Source: Patescibacteria group bacterium (GTDB lineage: Bacteria > Patescibacteriota > Patescibacteriia > SCPX01). From it: 64,000 bases of DNA. The notes below the pieces were generated by a model. That model was not told the DNA's origin. It searched no databases and saw nothing but the letters and a program-made list of their open reading frames with translations. Below, in pieces: positions 57,336 to 64,000 of this stretch (positions within the stretch are counted from its first letter, which is position 1; every line of letters begins with the position of its first letter). Position numbers and translations under genes: made by a program. The DNA is taken from contig SCPX01000056.1 in the NCBI GenBank assembly GCA_004298615.1, forward strand, positions 6,876-70,875. The letters are read 5' to 3'.

Positions 57336-58265
57336 ATGGAAAATATAATCAACTGGACAATTCAAATTTTGCTCTTGCCGGCCTTGTCGCCGCTCTGTGT
57401 CGGCATTATCAGAAAAATAAAAGCGCGCTTTCAAAATCGCCAAGGAGCGAGCGTTTTTCAGCCATATAATGATCTGTGGAAGCTTTTTCATAAAGACGAG
57501 GTGATAAGCTCTGACGCTTCCTGGATATTCCGTTTCGCGCCGTTTGCGATTTTTGGAGCGACTTTGGCAGTCTCGGCCAGTCTTCCGATTTTCGCCTCGT
57601 TTTTGTCAAATAATTTCACGAGCGATATTTTAGCGGTTATTTATATTCTGGCGATCGGTACTTTTTTCTTGGCGCTCGCCGGATTGGATGTCGGGGGAGC
57701 TTTCGGGGGATTTGGTTCAAGCCGGGAGATGACCGTGTCGGCGCTGGCCGAAGGCGGACTTTTATTTTCATTGCTCGTCCTTTCTTTCATGAGCGGAACG
57801 ACTAACCTTTTTTCAATTTCCGGCACCATTGATTCTTTGCCTCTCGCGTCTCTCTTGCCGGTTGTTCTGGCATTCTTGGGATTCTTTATCGTTTTATTGG
57901 CGGAGACGGCCCGCTTTCCTTTTGACAATCCGTCCACTCATCTTGAGCTTACGATGATCCACGAAGCGATGATAATTGAATATTCCGGAAAGCGGCTTGC
58001 CCTGATTGAATGGGCATCGGCCAATAAGCTGTTAATTTTCATAACGCTCGGCTCAAGTCTGTTTTTCCCAATAGGCATTGCCCATTCCATGGGCGTGATC
58101 GCGATAGCCGCCGCTATTTTATTTTATCTTTTGAAAGTCCTGGTTTTTTGCGTAGCCGTCGCCATTATTGAATCCGGCATTGCCAAACTTCGTCTTTTTC
58201 GGCTTCCGGATTTGCTGCTTTTTTCTTTTATTTTAAGCGTTATCGCCCTTGGTTTGATAATTTAA
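57336..58265 (+). CDS. hyfC: Ehr/Hyf NuoH-like subunit (HyfC)
   Basis: RK.KAR.Q.R.G....Q.Y.D..KL..K, G.SRE, R.PFDNP.THLELTMIHEAM..EYSG. Confidence 0.9.
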   Translation: MENIINWTIQILLLPALSPLCVGIIRKIKARFQNRQGASVFQPYNDLWKLFHKDEVISSDASWIFRFAPFAIFGATLAVSASLPIFASFLSNNFTSDILAVIYILAIGTFFLALAGLDVGGAFGGFGSSREMTVSALAEGGLLFSLLVLSFMSGTTNLFSISGTIDSLPLASLLPVVLAFLGFFIVLLAETARFPFDNPSTHLELTMIHEAMIIEYSGKRLALIEWASANKLLIFITLGSSLFFPIGIAHSMGVIAIAAAILFYLLKVLVFCVAVAIIESGIAKLRLFRLPDLLLFSFILSVIALGLII

Positions 58266-58268
58266 AAT

Positions 58269-58931
58269 ATGATTGACGCGATGAACAATTCATTTTTTCA
58301 ATTTACGGCAATCACGGCGGTTTTTTTGTCAGCCGTGCTGCTCCATATTACGAAAAGAAATTCAACTGCGGTCTCCTTGTATTTTATCCAATCGCTCGCC
58401 GTGGCCGCTTTGCTTTTCCGGCCGCTGTTTGAAAATTTCTCTTTGGCCGTTCTGCTGATGGCCGGATTGACTTTGGCGATAAAAGCCGCAGTCGCGCCGC
58501 TTTTCTTTTCAAGATTGATCAAAAGACATCAATTGAAATTTTCCGCCAGCACTTATTTGAATACGCCGCTGACTTTGATCGTCATAGCCGCTCTTGCCGC
58601 GCTGACCAATTCTCGGATTTTTTCCCACATCGCGTCGATTGATCCGGACAATAAAAAAATATTGGGACTGGCTATTGCCGTGATCCTCGTATCTTTTTTT
58701 CTGATCATCAATCGCAAAGGCGCCGTGTCGCAAATCATCGGGATTCTGTCGCTGGAGAACGGGATCGTCGCTTTTGCTTTGTTTTCCGGACTGGAACAAT
58801 CGCCGGCGCTCCAAATCGGCGTGATATTTGATCTTTTTGTCTGGGTGATTATTGCCGCCGTTTTTATTTCAATGATCTATAAGCAATTCGGTTCGCTTGA
58901 TGTGACCGAACTGAAGCATTTGAAAGAATAA
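58269..58931 (+). CDS. hyfE: Ehr/Hyf membrane subunit (HyfE-like)
   Basis: IK...P, Q..G.L.LENG, terminal L..LK. Confidence 0.85.
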   Translation: MIDAMNNSFFQFTAITAVFLSAVLLHITKRNSTAVSLYFIQSLAVAALLFRPLFENFSLAVLLMAGLTLAIKAAVAPLFFSRLIKRHQLKFSASTYLNTPLTLIVIAALAALTNSRIFSHIASIDPDNKKILGLAIAVILVSFFLIINRKGAVSQIIGILSLENGIVAFALFSGLEQSPALQIGVIFDLFVWVIIAAVFISMIYKQFGSLDVTELKHLKE

Positions 58932-58940
58932 TTTTTGAAT

Positions 58941-60383
58941 ATGGAATTGATTTTAATCATCGGATCTCCCATAGTCGCTTCAATCGCCAGTTTTTTTTCA
59001 AGCAAAAGAAAAGCCTGCGAAACAGCGACAATAATCGCCGGAGCCGTTGCTTTGGCCGCAGCGCTGTTTGCCGTGCTTAAAGTTTCCTCCGAAGGGACTT
59101 ATTCGCCCAATGATTATTTTTCAATTGACGCGCTTGGAGCCATAATTATCTCATTGATAGCTTTCATCGGCTTTATTGCCGCGCTGTATTCAACGGCTTA
59201 CTTGAGAAGGGAAACGGAAAAGGGGATAATTGGCTTTGAAAAAGTCAGGCTTTACTTCATTCTTTTCAATTTATTCATCGCGGCTATGTTTTTGGCCGCT
59301 TCCACTTCCAATCCCATAATAATGTGGATCGCCATTGAAGGCACCACTCTTTCCACGGCGTTTTTGATCAGTTTTTACAATAAGCCGTCCGCTATGGAGG
59401 CGGCGTGGAAATATTTGATCATCAATTCAATCGGATTACTCTTGGGATTTTTCGGCACCTTGCTTTTTTACACGGCCCTGACGCACGGAGAGGGAATTGC
59501 ATTCAGCTGGGATTCTTTGATGGATAGCGCCAAAAATCTTGATCCGATGATTGCGAAAATCGCTTTTATATTCATATTGGTCGGCTACGGAACAAAGACC
59601 GGCTTGGCGCCAATGCACACTTGGCTTCCCGACGCTCACAGCAAAGCGCCGGCGCCCGTCAGCGGACTTTTGTCCGGTTTGCTGCTTAATGTCGCGATGC
59701 TGGCCATTTTGCGTTTTAAAGTCGTGGCCGATGCCGCGATTGGCGGACAGTTTACCGGCAACTTATTGATTTGGTTCGGTCTAATCTCAATTGTTTTGGC
59801 GGGCTTTATCATAATGGTGCAGAAAAATTACAAACGCTTGTTCGCTTATTCCAGTATTGAAAATATGGGAATCGCGGCTATGGGATTCGGCTTCGGCGGA
59901 ATCGGATCGTTCGCGGCTATTCTTCATATAATTTATCACGCGCTGGCCAAATCGCTTCTTTTCTTCTCGTCCGGCAACATATTTTTACGATACAGTTCCA
60001 CAAAAATCGCCAAAGTGAAAGGAATGTTGTCCGCAATTCCGGCCACGAGCCTTGTCGTTGTGATAGGATTTTTGACAATCGTCGGCGTTCCGCCTTTCGG
60101 AATATTTATGACAAAGTTTTATATTTTGTCCGAAGGTTTGAAAACCCATCCTGTCCAAACGATTATCGCGCTGGTTTCGTTCGTCATTATTTTTGTCGGT
60201 TTCCTGACTCACGCCGCGGCTTTGCTCTTCGGCAATGCGCCCGAAGAGATTTCCAAAGAAAAAGAAAACAAGTGGACAATTATTCCACTGGCGATTTTAA
60301 TAATCGCTTTTGTCGTTTTGAGCGTATATTTGCCGCCACCGCTTAAAATCCTGATTGACTCCGCTTTAATCAAATACCAATAA
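58941..60383 (+). CDS. hyfF: Ehr/Hyf antiporter-like membrane subunit (HyfF-like)
   Basis: W.AIE.TTL, EAAWKY, GYGTK.GL.P.H.WLPDAHS.AP, KR.FAYSS.E. Confidence 0.9.
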   Translation: MELILIIGSPIVASIASFFSSKRKACETATIIAGAVALAAALFAVLKVSSEGTYSPNDYFSIDALGAIIISLIAFIGFIAALYSTAYLRRETEKGIIGFEKVRLYFILFNLFIAAMFLAASTSNPIIMWIAIEGTTLSTAFLISFYNKPSAMEAAWKYLIINSIGLLLGFFGTLLFYTALTHGEGIAFSWDSLMDSAKNLDPMIAKIAFIFILVGYGTKTGLAPMHTWLPDAHSKAPAPVSGLLSGLLLNVAMLAILRFKVVADAAIGGQFTGNLLIWFGLISIVLAGFIIMVQKNYKRLFAYSSIENMGIAAMGFGFGGIGSFAAILHIIYHALAKSLLFFSSGNIFLRYSSTKIAKVKGMLSAIPATSLVVVIGFLTIVGVPPFGIFMTKFYILSEGLKTHPVQTIIALVSFVIIFVGFLTHAAALLFGNAPEEISKEKENKWTIIPLAILIIAFVVLSVYLPPPLKILIDSALIKYQ

Positions 60384-60384
60384 T

Positions 60385-61956
60385 ATGAATAACAATGAAA
60401 TAATCGCCAAATATCTGCCGGCGCATGCGGATGTAAAAATCAATAATAATTTTATCGCATTTGAGATTCCGCACTCTTCGCTGAAAGAGATTGTTTGCGA
60501 TCTTTACCGCAAGCACAATCTGCCGCTAAAGACCATAACCGCGGCAGATGAAAGGGAAGAAAACGGCTGTTTTAAGATATTCTATGCGTTTGGAGCGCCG
60601 AAAGAAAATATTTTTGTGGCGCCCTTTATCAGGATTGAAAGCTCTGAGGAATTTCCTTCTTTGACTTCGGAAATTCACGAAGCGTCAACTTATGAAAGAA
60701 AAATAAAAACTTTTTTCGGCCTAAATCCCATTGGCCATCCGAATCCGCGGACATTGATTCTTCACGAGAATTGGCCCAATGGTTTATTTCCTTTGAGAAA
60801 AGATTTTAACTGGCAGACCCGTCCGGCCGAGGCCAAGGAACATTTTGAATTTTATAAAATAGAAGGGGAGGGGATTTATGAAATTCCGGTGGGGCCGATC
60901 CACGCAGGAATTATTGAGCCGGGACATTTCCGTTTCAATGTGGCCGGAGAAGAGATTTTGAATCTTGAGCCGCGGCTCGGTTTTGTGCACAAAGGAAGCG
61001 AGAAATTGTTTGAGATTTTGCCGCTTGAAAAAAAATTGATTTTATCCGAGAAAATTTCCGGCGACAGCGCTTTTTCTCATTCTCTTGCTTTTTGCCAAGC
61101 CGTAGAGTCTTTGGGCGGGATCAATGTTCCGGAGCGGGCCAAATATTTGAGAGTCGTATACGCGGAACTGGAAAGACTGGCCAATCATTTGGGCGACATC
61201 GGCTTCATAATGCTTGACACCGGATTTAATTTCGGCGGGGCAAACGGCAGCCGCTTGAGAGAAATGATAATGCAGATAAACGAGCGATTGACCGGCAGCC
61301 GGTTTTTGCGCGGGGTAAATATTTTCGGAGGAGTCGCAAAAGACATAAACAGGCAAGCGGCAGATAAATTAATGGAGGATTTGGAAAATATCGTAAATGA
61401 TTTTTCCGAAGTGATTGAAGTGGCCGAAAACAGCGATTCGCTTTTGAACCGGCTGAAAGGCACGGGAATTGTCACGGGCCAAATTGCCAAAGATCATGGA
61501 GTAACCGGCGTGGCCGGGCGGGCGGGCGGAAGCAAAAATGACGCGAGAAAAGATTTCCCTTACGCGGCTTATGATAAATTGGATTTCCAGATCGCGGTTG
61601 AAGAAACAAGCGATGTTTACGCGCGATTCCGCGTCCGCATAAAAGAAGTTTATTCGTCTTTTGAAATAATAAAACAAGCTTTGGAAAATTTGCCGGAAGG
61701 AGCGGTTAATGCGCCCTTGGCGGCCGTCAATCTAACGCCGAACGCGCAGGCTTTGAGTATTGTTGAAGGTTGGCGCGGAGACATCGTATATTTCGCAATG
61801 ACTGACGCGCGGGGAAATATCAGCCGCGTTGATGTGCGGGATCCGTCTTTCTTAAATTGGACGGCCGCCGGACACGCCGGTCCGGGCAATATTGTTCCGG
61901 ACTTTCCTCTGATAAACAAGAGCTTTAATTTGTCGTATTCCGGAAACGATCTTTGA
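60385..61956 (+). CDS. Ehr large subunit (fused NuoC/NuoD, HyfG/HycE-like) lacking NiFe ligands
   Basis: YER, GP.HAG.IEPGHFRF, ELER..NH, EGWRG, DPS..NW; both CxxC sites replaced (KISGDS; NLSYSG.DL). Confidence 0.9.
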   Translation: MNNNEIIAKYLPAHADVKINNNFIAFEIPHSSLKEIVCDLYRKHNLPLKTITAADEREENGCFKIFYAFGAPKENIFVAPFIRIESSEEFPSLTSEIHEASTYERKIKTFFGLNPIGHPNPRTLILHENWPNGLFPLRKDFNWQTRPAEAKEHFEFYKIEGEGIYEIPVGPIHAGIIEPGHFRFNVAGEEILNLEPRLGFVHKGSEKLFEILPLEKKLILSEKISGDSAFSHSLAFCQAVESLGGINVPERAKYLRVVYAELERLANHLGDIGFIMLDTGFNFGGANGSRLREMIMQINERLTGSRFLRGVNIFGGVAKDINRQAADKLMEDLENIVNDFSEVIEVAENSDSLLNRLKGTGIVTGQIAKDHGVTGVAGRAGGSKNDARKDFPYAAYDKLDFQIAVEETSDVYARFRVRIKEVYSSFEIIKQALENLPEGAVNAPLAAVNLTPNAQALSIVEGWRGDIVYFAMTDARGNISRVDVRDPSFLNWTAAGHAGPGNIVPDFPLINKSFNLSYSGNDL

Positions 61957-61959
61957 TTT

Positions 61960-63477
61960 ATGCCGATAAGGCAGTCTTTGGTTATTCGTTTGATATTAGC
62001 CGCGCTTATTTTGGGAATCGGTTTGGGAGATTTTTTAGAAAATGATTTTGCCTATTGGGCGGTTATCGGCATTGGAATAGCGGCGCTGATTTTTTCGGTT
62101 ATGGAGCGAAACAGGATTTTTTATTTAACGGGCATTTTATTGCTCGTTTTTTGTTTTGGCGGAATTTGGGCGCGCTTAAACGAGCCGATAATTGATCAAT
62201 CGCACATTGGATTTTACAACGGACAAAAAATTTTATTGCAGGGAATTGTAGTCGGGGAGCCGGAAATGAAAAAGGCGAGTATCAGATATGCTATTAGAGA
62301 AATCACGGCGGATAATCATGATTTGCGCGGCCGATTGCTCATTACCTCGCGATTTTATCCGGAATACCATTACGGCGATTTATTGGAAATTGAATGCAAA
62401 TTAAAAAAACCGGAGCCGTTTGAAGGTTTTGAATATGATAAATATTTATCGCGCTATGGTATTTATTCTACTTGCTCTTTTCCGAAAATCGCTTTGCTGG
62501 AACAAAACAAAGGGAGCGCCGTCCGCGCAATGCTTCTGGATTTTAAAAAATATTTCACAAGCCGATTGGAGAAAATTTTTCCAGCCGCGCCCGCCGCTTT
62601 GGCCGCCGGACTTTTGACCGGCGAAAGAAGCGGTATTCCTGAGGAATTGAAAGATAAATTTTCCACCACCGGTTTGTCGCACATTTTGGCAGTATCTGGT
62701 TTCAATATCACGATTATCGGATGGGCGATTTATTGGGTGAGCGCCAGAGCGCCGTTTATGAACCGGAAACGCGCTTTTTGGCTGTCACTCGGAATTATTT
62801 TTTGTTTCGTCCTGATTGCCGGTTTTGAGGCATCAATCATCAGAGCGGCGATTATGGGATCATTGGTCTTGATTGCCGAGCAAGCCGGCCGCCGGCGTTC
62901 CGGCTTGAATCTGCTATTGATTGCGGCCGCGGTTATGCTGCTCATCAATCCAAAACTTTTTTGGCTGGACATCGGCTTTCAACTTTCCTTTTTGGCGACT
63001 TTCGGACTTTTGGAAGTGTCGCCCCGAATTGAAAAATATTTTTTATGGATGCCGGAAACTTTGGAATTGCGCAAAACTTTTGCGGCCACAATTTCCGCGC
63101 AAATTATGACTCTGCCGATAATCGCTTCGTCATTCGGCATCGTGTCTTTGATTGCGCCGCTGACCAATATAATCGTTCTGCCGCTCATTCCTTACATTAT
63201 GCTGTTTGTCCTGATTGCCGGAATCGGAGCCGTGATTTTTATCAAACTTGGAATAGCGCTCGCGCTGGTTCCCTTGATTCTGATTTGGTATGTTATTTTC
63301 ATAGCCCAATTTTTCTCCGATATTCCTTTTGCCGCGCTGGAAATTGAATCCTATTGGATCGTCTGGATCGGATTTGCCATCAGTATGATTTTGATCTTTA
63401 AAAAAGAACTTAAAAAATCATTCGCTTTGGCGCCGCGGTTTCGGTTTCTGAAGAAAGTGCAAGCCGATCGCAATTAA
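61960..63477 (+). CDS. comEC: ComEC/Rec2 competence protein (OB plus Competence domain, no metallo-beta-lactamase domain)
   Basis: F.Y..YL, GLSHILAVSGFN, S..RA.IM, D.GFQLSFLAT. Confidence 0.92.
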   Translation: MPIRQSLVIRLILAALILGIGLGDFLENDFAYWAVIGIGIAALIFSVMERNRIFYLTGILLLVFCFGGIWARLNEPIIDQSHIGFYNGQKILLQGIVVGEPEMKKASIRYAIREITADNHDLRGRLLITSRFYPEYHYGDLLEIECKLKKPEPFEGFEYDKYLSRYGIYSTCSFPKIALLEQNKGSAVRAMLLDFKKYFTSRLEKIFPAAPAALAAGLLTGERSGIPEELKDKFSTTGLSHILAVSGFNITIIGWAIYWVSARAPFMNRKRAFWLSLGIIFCFVLIAGFEASIIRAAIMGSLVLIAEQAGRRRSGLNLLLIAAAVMLLINPKLFWLDIGFQLSFLATFGLLEVSPRIEKYFLWMPETLELRKTFAATISAQIMTLPIIASSFGIVSLIAPLTNIIVLPLIPYIMLFVLIAGIGAVIFIKLGIALALVPLILIWYVIFIAQFFSDIPFAALEIESYWIVWIGFAISMILIFKKELKKSFALAPRFRFLKKVQADRN

Positions 63478-64000
63478 AATGGCCATGCTGGCCAGAGCCA
63501 ATTGATAGCGGGCGCTACCCCAGCCGGAAAATACCGTGACTATGCCGCCCCACAAAAGCGGGCCGATGATTACGGCGAACCGTTCAAAAATGGAGTAAAA
63601 ACTAAAAAATTTTCCTTGTTCGTTTTCCGGAATCAAGGTGACGAAAAAAGCGCGCGATACGGACCAAATGGCGCCGAAGAAAAATCCGCCGATCGCGTTG
63701 ATAATCCAAAAAAACCAAACGGTGTTTGACCAAGCCATGGCTCCGAAAAGGATCATCCAGATAATGAGGATTCGTTGAAGCGCTTTTTTATGTCCGATTT
63801 TGTCCGCGTACCAGCCGACAAAAGTGCCTCCGATTGCGGCCATAACCAAAGATGTGAATATTATCAAAAGTTTCTTAAAATCATCAATATGAAAAACCCG
63901 CTCCATATAAAGCGGCCCGAAAATAATAATAGTGCCGACCGCGTTATTGAAAAAGAAAAAAGATAATAGAAAGCGCAGCGCGTCCGGATATTTCTTAAAC
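63418..64000 (-). CDS. MFS transporter (UMF1/ATG22-like), 5' part beyond the window
   Basis: Frame open to the window edge (..RFLLSFFFFNNAVGTII..); G..ADK.G.K, SRA....LIP....G.FF..Y....R....GP. Confidence 0.85.
   Translation of the reverse strand, partial: FKKYPDALRFLLSFFFFNNAVGTIIIFGPLYMERVFHIDDFKKLLIIFTSLVMAAIGGTFVGWYADKIGHKKALQRILIIWMILFGAMAWSNTVWFFWIINAIGGFFFGAIWSVSRAFFVTLIPENEQGKFFSFYSIFERFAVIIGPLLWGGIVTVFSGWGSARYQLALASMAILIAIGLHFLQKPKPRRQSE

Noticed and set aside
54729-61956. Functional group 4 [NiFe]-hydrogenase or formate hydrogenlyase
   Set aside because: Both NiFe CxxC motifs are absent, and there are no maturation (hyp) or formate dehydrogenase genes in the window.

Overview
A 64 kb chromosomal segment, almost all on the + strand, using genetic code 11. 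The gene content suggests a Patescibacteria/CPR (Parcubacteria-like) bacterium (inference from DUF5652, a PaaX/Cas2-like protein, DUF2207 paralogs, an Ehr complex and ComEC). In order it contains: DsbA, RarA, two DUF2207 paralogs and PerR/AhpC; a ~14 kb surface-structure locus (7168-21142); a copper/disulfide cluster (CopZ, cupredoxin, CopA, CcdA, DsbA, Lgt) with two BlaI/CopY-type operators; a cassette bounded by 36-bp palindromic repeats carrying a PaaX/Cas2-like gene and a kinase-like gene; an ABC-2 transporter, two CAT-anticodon tRNAs, scpB, tpiA, an orphan atpZ/I-atpB pair, SOD and glmS; three cation/proton antiporters; a complete F1Fo operon running directly into an Ehr (Hyf-like) complex; comEC and a truncated MFS gene. 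The surface locus holds Asn/Gly-repeat (amyloid-like) proteins, three AFEAHVINVTA proteins, a SipW-type signal peptidase, a pilin-like protein and an S8 protease. Best candidates for undescribed biology: (1) a SipW/TasA-like filament locus preceded by a duplicated structured leader RNA with a terminator/antiterminator switch; (2) the repeat-bounded PaaX/Cas2-like cassette; (3) an Ehr complex lacking both NiFe and Fe-S cysteine ligands, coupled to ATP synthase. All family calls come from visual motif recognition; no searches were run.
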